Assembly (NCBI GenBank): GCA_002269645.1
Contig: NIVC01000012.1
Coordinates: 682,001 to 746,000, forward strand
From: Macrostomum lignano
Taxonomy: Eukaryota
DNA: 64,000 bases
Reading direction: 5' to 3'
The notes beneath the pieces are model-generated. The model made no database searches. It was not told the DNA's origin and worked only from the letters and a program-made list of their open reading frames with translations. Made by a program: the position numbers and the translations under genes. Shown here one piece after another: positions 50,501-62,600 of this stretch (position 1 is its first letter; every line of letters starts with the position of its first letter).

Positions 50501-53210
50501 ATAGAGAATCTAGTGCATGACTGCGAGCCAGAGAGGAGAGAGGAAACGGACAGATGGACTAAAGAAGAGAGAAGAGAGATGGGGAAGTAGAGGCGAGGGA
50601 TAAAGGAGAAGATAGAAGCGACAAAATTGGACGAGAAAAGAGAGAGGACAGAGGAAAGAAGAAATGGAAAAGAAAAGGAGAGAGAAAAAAAGGAGAGACG
50701 AGAGAGGAAAGGAGAAAGGAGATGAGAGGGAAAAAACAGGAGAGAAGGGAGAGAAGAGGAGAGAACAGAGAAAAATTACTACAGAGAAGAGAGATGACAG
50801 AAGAGACAGAAACCTTGAGCGGGCCAGATTGCTTTTGTGAAAATTCAAACGACCTGAGAGCCAGATAGAGAGGCTTCATGGGCTGCATGTGGCCCGCGGA
50901 CGTGAATTTGCCGATCCGTGTTATTTAACCTTTGCAATACGAGCTACATCAATTAATATTACCGTCAGTGTTTCTTGGATCTTAGCCGTCAGCAACCCTA
51001 TCCAATATAACTTAAGGCCCAACTAACTCATCGTCGCGAGTCTCTGAGCAGTCCCTCGAAGAGGCCTGGTTCAGCATCAGCTCCGTAGTGAACTCTGGTC
51101 AATTCCTGGTCCCTATCGTTGCCGGCCAAGGCCGATCGCACACTTTCCGAGCGATGTCCGTCGAACGCTTCGAAATTCGTCCAGACGTTTACAACCCACT
51201 GAGAGGCCGGCACCTCCAACAGTTCGACGCAATCGAACGCCTGTCGATGCGCAATCCGAAACGACAGGTGGAGAACAAAGTTTCGGCGGACGATTGCGCT
51301 CTGGCCTGCCTAGATGAAACCGAATTCAAGTGCCAGTCGGTGACTTACTGCTACGATTTGGGCGTGTGCTACCTGAGCGAGGACGCTCCCGACGAAGGCA
51401 AAACGAATACCCTCGACCGAGCGAGGTGCAACATCTACATAAGTGAGGATATTGGTTTCTTTTTATCGATTTATATTGGGATTAAAATCTAGCAATGATC
51501 ATACATCTGAGGAAAAGGGATTCAATAAAAATACGAACGACAGATGTCTATTATTGTAGAAATAAAGAAAAACCTTGAAAAATCAGAATCGTACGTAAGA
51601 ACCCATTATACCAACCCGCAGAGAATGAGCTAGCTAAATACCGTCAGCTGCAAGGCACTTCAAGAATCTACATCACCGGCAAGAAACCATCAGGCGTGGT
51701 CACTAAACCCGATCAGTGCGCCACGCTCTGCGACCAGCGTCAACAATCCACGGAAAGCAACAGCAACTCCACGGATTTTGGATGCCGCAGTTTCGATGTT
51801 TGCAGCGTCGAAGGCAAACAGCAGTGCTACCTGGACTCGGGTCACCTCACTGACGACACAGGCATCACAGGGAATCGCAGCGAGTGCACGCACTATTCCA
51901 GATCATTCGTGGTCGACTTTGTCCGATCCACAACTCTAACGGACCCGCTCTTTCAGGTGATTAAACACTGATGACTAATTTTCTGAAAATAAAAACAACT
52001 TCTGATTACCTCTTACGAGACTGAACATAGACCCACACGGATTAGCTTCAGTGCACAGGCCATGTGTTCACAAGCGGTTCACAGCAACCCTGGCATTTTT
52101 GTTGTTGGACCATAGACAACCGAAATAGACGCTACTCTCAATTTTCTTAGAAATTAGCTGGAGAGTTCATGGCGAGGCCTCATTCAGCGCCATCTGTTCC
52201 AGTTACGACAAATGTACGTTCCTTACCGGTCTCCAGTTCATTTCTAAGAAAATCGAGTGTATTGTCCTCCTGCTCTAGATGGACATGCGCATGCAAATCA
52301 TACTACTTTGCCTTCATTGTTTGCCTCTTATTAGCGAATTGGCTAGACAAACGAAACTCGACAACTCAGCAGCGAACTCCAATTTTTAAAGTAGAATCCA
52401 TCAATTTCAATTTCTACCCCTCTATTCTACTAACCAATCCAGGATTTGAAATTGTTCGGCGGTCTAACCGAAGATCGTTGCGCCAGAAAGTGCACTGAGG
52501 AGTTCGGGCTGGACTGTCAGGGTTACTACTTCTGCAACGCCACGGGCGATTGCGCCATTCTGACGTTGGACGCCAAAACGCCACCGGAAAGCGGTTCTGG
52601 GACAGGATTGAAGTGCGACTATCTCAAGCGTAAGTTAATATCGTCTTGTAAACCGGGAACGGCTGAAGTTGATCCTTTTTCAATTAATGAGAATTTATTT
52701 TATATAAATATCGCTTTTTTCCTAATTAAGAGTATCACCTTTGGAAGAGCCACTCAAAAAGGTCACTGAAAGCTTATCTTGCCATTTTATAACCGACAAC
52801 TTTAAAAAACTGTCTCTTTAGAGACCTAATCAACAATAATTAAAGTTTATGACAGAGCATTTGAAGAAATAGGTAGCTAACCAGCTAAACAGGCACGTAC
52901 GGCAATATGACTTGATCTAAAAGCCTTAAGGCCTAAAAGTAACCAAATTGAGCTAAGTGTGTAAAATTACATATTAGCCATTTTTCCATTTTCAGGACTA
53001 TACAATCCGGACGGTACTAAATACCAGACCACAAAGCCTCAAACCGGAGAGGACAGTCGAGTCGGCTTGACCACTGGAGCGGCTGCAGCGGTCTTTGTGA
53101 CGACGTCCGTTATCGGCCTGGTACTGGGCATCGTGATGCTGATGGCCGTCCTGCACTCCAGAGGCAATCCAATCTGGCGCGACACCAAAGCCTTCTTTAC
53201 CAGACGGTAA
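44532..53210 (+). CDS. Type I membrane protein: signal peptide, two ependymin/LolA-like modules, four PAN/apple domains, TM and an 18-aa tail; 1031 aa, 15 exons
   Basis: Exons 44532-44640, 45424-45621, 45707-45837, 46382-46493, 46803-46957, 47259-47684, 48199-48300, 48392-48490, 49016-49196, 49285-49464, 49888-50127, 51017-51442, 51622-51956, 52443-52629 and 52996-53210; all GT-AG and in phase (sum 3096 nt). Repeated module marks: PPSISNIFQAKIE / PLPDLHPIMTFTWE and IRGIAADRW / VRGLPVDIY. PAN motifs CALACLDETEFKCQSVTYC, CATLC..CRSFDVC, CARKC..CQGYYFC. TM AAAVFVTTSVIGLVLGIVMLMAVL. The exon 12 acceptor is the least certain; the ependymin/LolA assignment is by recalled motif resemblance. Confidence 0.85.
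44705..45190. repeat. Degenerate 21-bp minisatellite GATCCTCCAAAGGACC(CC/TC)(TT/AT) in intron 1
   Basis: About 22 units. Confidence 0.9.
45885..46255 (+). mobile_element. SINE family A, near full-length copy (about 370 bp)
   Basis: A-box-like TAGCCCAGTTG, decayed B box, shared body and CTAATAAAAA end; internal hairpin at 46164-46205. Confidence 0.8.
47785..47960 (+). mobile_element. Diverged SINE family A fragment
   Basis: GGCCAACCCCCAAGGCACAGAGAGTGCACATGC...AAAGTCAGGGCGGCAATACACCTTGTG...GGAGTCAGCGGAATGAGC matches family A. Confidence 0.6.
48535..48925. repeat. 23-bp minisatellite GTCCGGAGCTTTGCTTCGGTTTG
   Basis: About 17 nearly identical units in intron 8. Confidence 0.97.
50362..50438. 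repeat. 16-bp tandem repeat TATGACGTCGCTGACG (about 5 copies)
   Basis: Direct reading. Confidence 0.9.
50530..50815. repeat. Purine-rich (GA/AAG) low-complexity tract
   Basis: Direct reading; gives the F/S/L-rich antisense ORFs. Confidence 0.8.
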
Positions 53211-53702
53211 ACAAGCGTAAACCTGATCTGAAAGCTAAGGCAAATCGTGCCGGATTTTATACGAGTAATACGAACTATATATTATTGCTCCTTTTATGTT
53301 TCTAATGTCACTCGAAAATTTTATAACCAATGAATTCCATTGCTTGTTTCGTTGAAATTATTGCCGAAAATTAAAACTGTCATTCTTCACCGATTCCTCG
53401 TGCACTCGAAATAGAGGCGTCTAGAGAACTTTACACGCTTGTTGTTTTCTAATTCAGTCAGTTAAAGGATCAAATTTAAATTAGATTTGAATTATAAATA
53501 AAAACTTTTGTTCTATTTTATGAACAGTCTCAATGTTATTTTTGATTTGATTCTTGTGTTAATGCTTAAAATAGGGATAGAAAGGAACCGTATAAATCTT
53601 ATAATGATACTACGTACGCTCGTATATTCTTTAAAGAGCGAATTCTTACCAAATTTACAAGCGGTTCATTCATACCGAAATTTAAGGGGGTTGTAGCTTA
53701 GA

Positions 53703-53988
53703 AGGGGTTGTAGCCTTAGTCGTTAGAGCGTCGAACACACGACTGCAAGGTCGGGGCTTCGATTCTCGACTTACTCGGAACAATTTGTGTCCTTGAGCGA
53801 GACACTTAACTCTGCTGTAAAATGGGTGCCAGCATTAGCTGGGGTAATTGAGGGTGTGTGCCGGCGACCCCCCCCCCCCCCAATCCTTGGACTGAACAGC
53901 CGTACGCAGCCTTCAAATGCGCCGCGCAATAGCTGCGGCTGAGCTGTCGGTTGCACATCTGCCCATTAGGGCAGGTTGTAATAAAAAG
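53703..53988 (+). mobile_element. CORE-like SINE family B copy
   Basis: Head GGGGTTGTAGCCTTAGTCG (an 11-bp head motif is duplicated just upstream), B-box-like GGCTTCGATTC, CORE-like region with a deletion of about 20 bp, and a 3' body matching the other two copies. Confidence 0.85.
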
Positions 53989-54579
53989 CATCTAAATGGC
54001 CGAAAGTCGTGTGATCACACGACTCGTGCATCAACTTTCATTTCTTTGTACATCGGTCGTATGATTGGGTGGCTTATTTGATGGCAGTGTGAATCAAACT
54101 TAAGATCAGAATATTCAGCAACAAAGCAACTACATGTAGATGTAGTCAGAAAACAGTCCTTAGCAAGCTAGCAGAGAAAGTTTCTTGAGTACGATGTTAG
54201 CATTAAACCAAATAAACCCCACAAAAATGTCCATGTGCTTCTTTTGTATTTTTAGTTCTGGCTATACTAGTAAGGACAGTAGCAAGAAAGATAAAATTCA
54301 CACACACACTATACCCCTGGGTAAGTTGGAGCACTTGGATTCTCTTCTTTTGTGAGCTTGTATCGTTTTGTCTGTACGGCTCTGTTCGTACAAATGAACA
54401 ATGAAGCTCTATTTCAGGCTGCCAGTTTACTGTTGAGTACATCTGAGGCATAAGAAAGAAAACCAGAAATATGCTGCACAAATAAGACACTCAAAAAGCG
54501 TTGGCAGAATGCAACGGCTCACAGCTGCTGATCAGGACCTGCAGGCATTCTAACTTGGAAGACTCATCCCATTCAAATA

Positions 54580-57345
54580 ATGAAGAAAAGTGCTGCTCTA
54601 GCGTCCGCCGCCAAAGTTGGCAAGCCGCCGTCTCAGCAACTGGACAGCTACAATCGAGTTCCCGGCATTCAGACGATTCGAGCTAGCGACCTTATTAGCA
54701 CCCTGCGAGTATTCGCAGCCTGCACCAGTGCTCACGGTGTGGCCCGGCTCAATCATCCGGTGAAATCCTGTCAGATTGGCTGGGCTTTGGTCATCACGGC
54801 AGCTTTCGTCGCACTGACTGTAAACATGTCTAGCTTGGTTACAAAGTACAGAGATGAGCCAATCACAACCAAGATTAACGCCAGAGGTAACAAGTACATT
54901 CCGCCAGACATCACAATCTGCAATCGGATGATGTTCGCCATTAGTCGGATATTTAATAGTACATTGGCGGCAAACGCTTCGGCACCGGATCAAACGGAAT
55001 TTCGGCACGATATTGCGCCCGAGTTTCGACCAGTGTTCGACAGTGTGCAGAAGATTCGACAGGTTCTCGGACTTAGTGCGAGACGGTATCTGATGCTCAA
55101 CTATGGCGCCTATGAAACTGATAGTAACTTGCTACGAATCGAGGACGAGAGCGCTTACAACCTGCCAAGTAGGTGAAAACGTTCTATTGAGACTTAAGTT
55201 GTTTGTCTCTACATGTACATTCCGAATAAACCGATGACATTGGTGACTAGAAGATATGCGTGTCAGACTGTACACGGTCCCATGATGAAATTAAGTGTAC
55301 ATATTCTTATAGCGGTAGACGCCGATACTAGAACATTCTATTAGTCACTTCTTAGTAAATGACGTAACTTTCATTTCGGCGCCTGTTTAGAGTTCAAGCA
55401 AGCAATTCAAACTCATCTCGGTTTAAATTGGTTCAGAGCTTTTCTTTAAGGCCAAAACCCGACAAGCGTCTCATTAAAAATATGCTATTCCATATGCCCA
55501 AATGCCTAAAATGCCCAAAAAATCCATATGCCCTATCCATATGCCCAAAAAATGTAGACAAAAAGCGGAATGAAAAAATACAAGTGGCTTAGATGGCAAC
55601 TCGTTTTCTTTGTGTTAGGATTTTTGGTGCTACCAATATGCGCTGACTTTCGAAGCGAAGTATGTAATGTAATAAAAAATGGACAGATTGCTGATACTGA
55701 TTGAGTATAAATTTTCGGCCAACGTGTTATCCTCTTTCGGTGGTAATGCGCATTTCATATAAAAATTTTTGCTATTTCAATAGCTGACCACTGTTTCCGT
55801 GTATGCTTAATGCCAACAGATCTAGTCATTCGAGACACGTGGGGCGAAAGGTTCCTGTCCCAGTTCAGAGCGGACCCAAGCCAGGGCTTGTTGTCCTGCA
55901 CGTACGGCACTCGGGCCTGCGACATCAACGACTTTCAGCTGCGCTCTCTGCCGGCGTTCCCTTCCTGCGCTACCTTCAGTGTGCAGCGCTTTAGCCAGAG
56001 GCGACCAAATGTAACCAAGAACAGTCTGAACGGGCTTCGCATCGGCATGTTCGTCGACTCGCATCACAGCAGCCCCGCGGTGACTGATGCCCTGCTGAAG
56101 CTGCCTGGCGATTGGTTCAACATGCAGAAGCCAGGCGGCGCTGTGGTTTTCGTTCACCAGCCTGGGACATATCCGACTCAGGAAAACCAGATCGAGGCAC
56201 CAGTTAACCAGGAGACTGTAGTGAGCATTCGCTACTTGGAGTACACCTCAAAGAGCACTAGGAAATACAGATGCATGTCGGCCACTGACGAATCCAATGC
56301 TCAGGTGCAGTACATGGTTCAGAAAGATCAGTCACCGCAACCAGAGACATTTCAAGCCCAGCTAGCCGACTGCCTCGTGACTCTGACACAGGAAGTGCTG
56401 CTTGAACGTTGTGGATTCATCGAACCAAACCTGCCGCTCACCGTCTCCATGTTCAGCCAGGTCCGAAGAGGCAATCTCAGCCACCTGCTGTCCGGAATTG
56501 GACTAGCACGGCGCGATCCAGCTAGCCTCATTGACTACGTTTACCAGACCTTCTTAGGCTCGAATGCTTCGGAACTTCCAGCTATCATTGACACACTTCT
56601 GGACAATGAGATCTGCTTACGTAGGGCCCTGGTGGCAGCCAGAAACGATTCGCGAATGCATCAGCGCTGCATCAATCGTTGTCAAGCTAAAATCTATGAG
56701 ACCAGCGTAATGCCTATTGCCTGGCCCGAGGGTCCCGAGATTGGTGACTTTCTTGGGCCAACGCTGCAGAGGTGGCTTCACTCCAACTCGTACTATCCGA
56801 ACAATGGCTCAATAGTTGATGAGGCTTTCCTGCAACAATCCAATTGGAATTTGTATCAGTCTTATGTGCTGCTATCGTCATCGAGAGAGCTTAGAAATGC
56901 CAACTCAAGCTTGTTCGGTCGCATAGCAAATAAAAACTTTCTTGCTATTCGATTCGATGTGGCCGACGCGCAGGGTCGCGACATTAAAACAGATGAGAGC
57001 TTTGCGTATGAGCTTTACGACCTACTCTCGGACATGGGAGGTATCCTAGGACTGTACATTGGCATCAGCGTGCTGACTGTGTGCGAAGTGGCCGAGCTCC
57101 TCCTCCAGCTGGCGGTTATGCTCAACATGATTGCTCATCGGCGAAGGATGGGTAATCGCACTGAGCAGAGCGACAATAATGCAGATAGGATCCGACGGGT
57201 GTCGATAATGTCAGCGACGGCCGCGGCCGCTATGGCGAAGGGCAGCAGACGGCAGTCAGAAATTGAGGGCCGATTGGGACCTTCGGTGTCTGTGGGAGCT
57301 GCTCAAATTTGGCAACAGTTGCCAGTGCGCGTTACCAGAGTCTGA
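54580..57345 (+). CDS. DEG/ENaC (amiloride-sensitive channel family) subunit, 716 aa, 2 exons
   Basis: Exons 54580-55168 (donor A|GTAGGT) and 55784-57345 (acceptor TAG|CT), in phase. HG motif (TSAHGVARL), TM1, PPDITICN, GLRI, VFVHQPGTYP, WP, TM2 LLSDMGGILGLYIGISVLTVCE (GxS filter). Confidence 0.93.
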
Positions 57346-58466
57346 TTGTTCACTATTGGCACCTAGCCAATTATATACACTAGTAAAAGCATGCTTAGGT
57401 TTTACAACCAATTATCTAAATGAGGCGTTTTCGGTTTGCTTTAGACAGAAGAATTAAAGAAGCATTGTAACTTGTATTTGCTGTTTAAGTTATACAATGT
57501 AAAATCCAAGTTTCCTTTATCCAGACAATTTAAAAATTAGCTATTCAAAACAACTTGAATTAATTTAAACAGAGGCGAAATATAACATCATTTAATTATA
57601 ATATTAATAAAATGAAGGATTCACTGGAGAATTATGGACACTCTGGCGCAACGCCTTCGGCGACATCGTCCCATAACCAGCGCTGATGGCAATTCATACA
57701 CAGCCACACGCTCACACAATGTGTACACAGGCTCTGAACACATTTTCAATATTTTTTATTCAATAGAAAACTTTTTCTTGATTTTAATTACGAGCTTACA
57801 GCTAGCTACACTCGTTCTTCACAAAACAGTTGACTTCGATTTCTTTTAATTTGTATTACTTTACTTGCTAACTATAAGATAACAAAGATGTAAGATCACT
57901 AAAAAGTTTACACAAATTTGCAGACAGTTATTAAATTTATTTATCGAAATGAGAGTAATCATTATATTTGTTATAATTATTTTGACACCATATACGCTAC
58001 CTACCGTCAAGTCAATTTGACTAAAACAACTGCACTTTTAAGAACAGGTACATGTATCTTCATTGCATGTAGCATGCTCTCATTTATAATTGCACTAGCT
58101 ATACAGTATGCATAAATAATCCATTGCAAATAATTAACCTCATAATAAATAAATACACTATAAGAGTTTTTGTTTTAGCACGCAGCAAATAGTGAAAAAA
58201 GGATAATTATTGCGATACTGAATAATACCACGGGGTGTAGATATATCTTTTTTATACTGTTAAACTGGGATCTGTTAAACAAAAACCATAATCTAACACA
58301 TCTACAAAAGCGCTAGCTATCTATGCAAAGCAAAGAAAAATTTCTGTTTCTTTGTCCTTCGAGCTACTTACTTTCGGTGCATATTGAGCGATCAAATTTT
58401 ATTGTGGATTTTGCATTGCATACACAGCAACAGAAAAAATTGTCCACCAGAGAATATCGATATTCT

Positions 58467-59350
58467 CTGGTACGTCCACCCATTCTCGGGAAAAAATTCG
58501 TCTCTCAGTTGAGTGGCAAATCGATCCAACAGTTCGACCATAGACAAAATTATTCTATGGGTGGGTGAAGGGTGGGACGGTAGCTGAGAACAGCCGAGGA
58601 CAAGGAAGTCTTTGTTTGAGGTAGAAGCGATTTTACGAGCCTAGAGCAATCCATTCATCTGTTGACGAAATGGTTCGACAAATGACTGACGGAGAACGCT
58701 GGCATGGTATGATGCAAGCGCGTTCAGCTTCTCAGACGAGAGTGGCTTTCGTCTATTCCAAGCTGACGGCCGCTCGTGCGCGGGCGCGAACGTCGTCAAG
58801 AGATGCTGCAGCAGCATGTGCAGTGCACAAAACAGCAGTCCGGATCGGTTCATGTTTGGGCGGGCAGCACAATCCATTCAAAGGCGGATCTGGTCCTTTT
58901 AGAGGCAGATGTTGCTGGCAACGCCTACGCTAATCTTCTGCAAGCGCGCCTTCTGCTCTTTGCAACTGCTGCTGTGGTGACTCAAATGAAAGATCGAGCA
59001 CGTCTGGGACTTTGTAGCGCACCATTCAGCGAGAAAATCCGCCACAGAATGTTGCTCAGCTACGGCAGGCAAAGACTTCCGCAGAATTACCTACAGCGTC
59101 TCAGTCTGGGGATGCTTCTGTGTGCCTGGCATATTGGCTGCTCGTGGTGAATATACGCGTTATTTAAATTAATTAAATTTAAATTCCCACTACGCAGTAT
59201 TCAGTTCCCTGTTCTCATTTCCTGCTATCATTCGTTTTCCTAAAACTGTATGGAGTCGTGTATCAGAATAAATGTCTATGGCCCAGAGTCTCTGATTTGC
59301 CACTCAACTGCAGGAGCCGAAATTCTCCCGAGAAAAGGGTGGACACCCAG
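58467..59350 (+). mobile_element. Degenerate, internally deleted Tc1-like DNA transposon with about 90-bp imperfect terminal inverted repeats
   Basis: 58467-58556 is an imperfect inverted copy of 59265-59350 (GTCCACCC..TTCTCGGG..CAGTTGAGTGGCAAATC..CCATAGACA..TTATTCT). Inside, frameshifted fragments MVRQMTDGERWHGMMQA (N-terminal HTH-like) and QSGSVHVWAG...LVLLE...AYANLLQARLL resemble the Tc1 GGGSVMVW...Y..IL...LL segment. Confidence 0.6.
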
Positions 59351-59680
59351 GTTTTGCTCTTCACAGCGCAAAAATAATTATTGCTTGACAACTTGAATTT
59401 TGCTAGGAAAAAGATTTAAATGAATGCCTAATGGAAATTCTATGCCAGTGTCAATGTTAAAATGTTACCTAAGATACACTTCCAGAGTATTTTGGGCCGT
59501 TGGAAACTATCTAGCTCGTACTTCTCAGCTCTGATTACATCGATTATCGACAACTGACTGGCAAAAGAGATGGCTATCTTGGACCTTCAATAACTTCTAC
59601 GGTTTTCGTGCTGCTAAACATGCACTTTTAATCTTCCATGTGCGTAAAAAAGCTAGTTTATTTATTAAAATTATTTTCGA

Positions 59681-62600
59681 TCAACCGTTTAACGGTTCCG
59701 CTGCAGGATCTTCTCTACTTTCACCAGACTTCTTTTGCTCTGCCAGCTCAACTTTGGCCTCAGCCGCCGTATCTGTAGCCGCCGTCCCGTCTCGACCATA
59801 GCGCTTGGCGCAGAAATACCAAACCAGAAAGAAGAAGACGCAGGCGATAGCGTGTGCAAACACGGACAACAGATGGAAGGCGTACCTGAACGACACGCGG
59901 TCGTACATCTCGCAGTAGGAGCGCTTACCATCGCTGCTGCTGATGAGGCAGATGTTGTCGAACACCGTGCCGATTAGCGGTGGTAGCAGAGAGGCTGTAA
60001 GCAAGTTTTGGTGCATTGACTGAGCAAGATAATCAATAAGAATATTCAAAAGACCTTTCGATACGATATAGATGATCTGATTATACGTAACCACGAAAAT
60101 AAGACGCACAGTTCATTGGAGGATTATCAGAATCACGCTGCCCCCTCCCATTCTGCATGATCAAAGACTACTTAATTAGAAGGACAGGAAACCACAATTA
60201 TTGGACACATTTTAGAGGGCGATTTTTACTAAAAAATACAGAAATAGGAAGTCTCAATTTTTTCAGCACAAAAATTGTAATTGCGTACTTTTGATAAGAG
60301 GCAGACTCAATGTTCATCTTTTGATCTTTCTTTATACTTCTATTGATATTTATGAACGTTTTCGTTTATGAACTTTGTATTCTAAATATTTATTGATTTA
60401 TGTCCTTTGTACAATCGTACATGTACGCGAGATATAGAATTAACATAGAATCCTAATTTTATAAGCAAAAAGCTTTATTAATATCAATAGGGCTATATAA
60501 AAAGGCAAGACTCATCGTATACCATACGATGAACATAGGGTCTGCCCCCTATCAAAAGCAATAACAATTTTTGTGCTGAACAAATGAAAACTTCCTATCT
60601 CCGTAATGTTTTTGAGTAGTCCTTGGTTCAGACGTGACTTCCCAGAAGGATGTTGCCTCCTCAGACTGATATGAACCCCCAGGCTGATGCTTTTTGAAGA
60701 GTTCTTGACTCCTATCGACTCACAAATATCATAACTTGTTAAACAAAAAAGAAAAACATCACTCACAACTGACGCCCCACATAAAGCTGCTTGAAGCCAG
60801 AGCCAGCGCTTTGTCTCTCGGCTGCACGCAGCGCAAGTTAATGACAGCCTCTTGCGTCCGCGCCGAGCACTGGATAGCGCCCAGAGCAATAGAGGTAAAC
60901 GCGTAGGCCATCAGGCTCGAGTAGCAAGCGCCCTGGCAGGTGCCAAGCCGTACTGAGCCGCCAGGTACGCACTGACAGCCGCTACTGAGCCCGGTTTCCT
61001 GCGAGCAGCCAGCGACGCATGGAGAATAGTAAGTGACGTTGCCGCCGCACACTGGAAAGTAGTCAGTCCGGGTGCAACCTCCGCAGTCGCCGACGCCGCA
61101 ATAGGATCCGTTGACAAAGTATTCACCTGAGGTATAGTGTGTAGCAAAACAGTACGTCAGCCTTTCGTTGCACTCAACGCAGAGCATTCTGACCTCCGAT
61201 CCGAGCGTGCAAGCGACAATCGACCCGGCAGCCAGGGCACGAACTTACTCAGGGTGTACACATCAGCCCTAACTTTCTCATCGTCAAGCCTTTAATCACA
61301 CTCAGTGATTTGGGAACTGCTTTCTAGGGCGAGAATTGCAGAAGCCCATAGGTGATTTTCTTGCTCGAGTCCCACATTCACTAAAACTGTGTACTTCGAT
61401 GCGAGAGTCAGGTAGAAGCACCAACCGTCGATCTACTTTGCTCTCTCCTCTTGAGCATTAAAAACAGCATAAATCAAGAACCTTGAAGTTCTTGCCTACA
61501 TGTAAGTTGTAAGAGCCCTCTTGCCAGTTGTGGGTTGAGTGTCACTTTGGAATCCAAACCATCTTGAGTCACTCACCTGCGGCTGGTGATGAACTCGGAC
61601 TAGTGAGCACTTGCGGAGTAGGACAGACAAACAAAGTGCCAAGGTAGTACCGTAGAATACCGAACAGATGCACAAATGCGTGGAAGCGAGCTAGCGAGTA
61701 CATGGTCATTTGGAAGCGATATGAGATCGCGATGCTCAGCATGAGGCCAACACCAAACGTGACCGGCATCACTAGGCCTGAAGAATAACATTTATAACAT
61801 TTACGCGAGTTTGTTTTAATCATGCATCGCTCACGGAAAACTGAAGTAAGATGCAAAATGCACTAAATGCACTGGCAATGCGGCAAATATCGACCGTGCC
61901 TTACCGACTTCCAGGCAATTTCTAAGAAATTTTAGTTTAGTGCCCTTTCATTTCAGCTGTCCATGGCATTGCTTACTATACTGTAGGCCTAGATTTTCAT
62001 ACAGCTCAATAACTCAGAGTCAATTAATTTATTTTAACTTACCAGTAATTGAACTTGCCTCGCTCTGAGTCAAGTCGAAATGGTGCTCCAAGTACTTGGC
62101 ATTGTAGTTAATAGGCGTGCTCAATGCCACGAATTCGAAAAAGTTGCCAATTAATAAGCACAGAAAAATTGGATTAATAAACAGACGCTTTAGCGAGCGG
62201 AAAAGACCTGAAAGGTAAATTGAACACTCTAATCATTTCGCAATTCAAATTCGTGCCAGACGCGTGAAGCAGACTTAGGAGATCTATGCTCGTATTTTTG
62301 ATGGTCAAAATTGAGATACAAAGTTTTTCTGCTTTTTTACAAATGAATTCGGGTGTAAAATGACAATTCCTCGGCTCTATTGGTTATATACTTTTGCTCC
62401 TTTATTATGGATTTTGTCTCGCATCTCGAAAACCTCACCTAGAAACGTTTTCTCCTGTTTGCGCGACTCCGGATTTCCCAGTTCCTCCTGTTGCAAAATG
62501 TCATCCTTCTTCTCGGACTGTTTCAACAGCAGCCTGATGACTGGATTCCGCAGCTTGCTGGGATCTGTGTTCACTCGGAGGGGCACGTTTCTTGGAAAAC

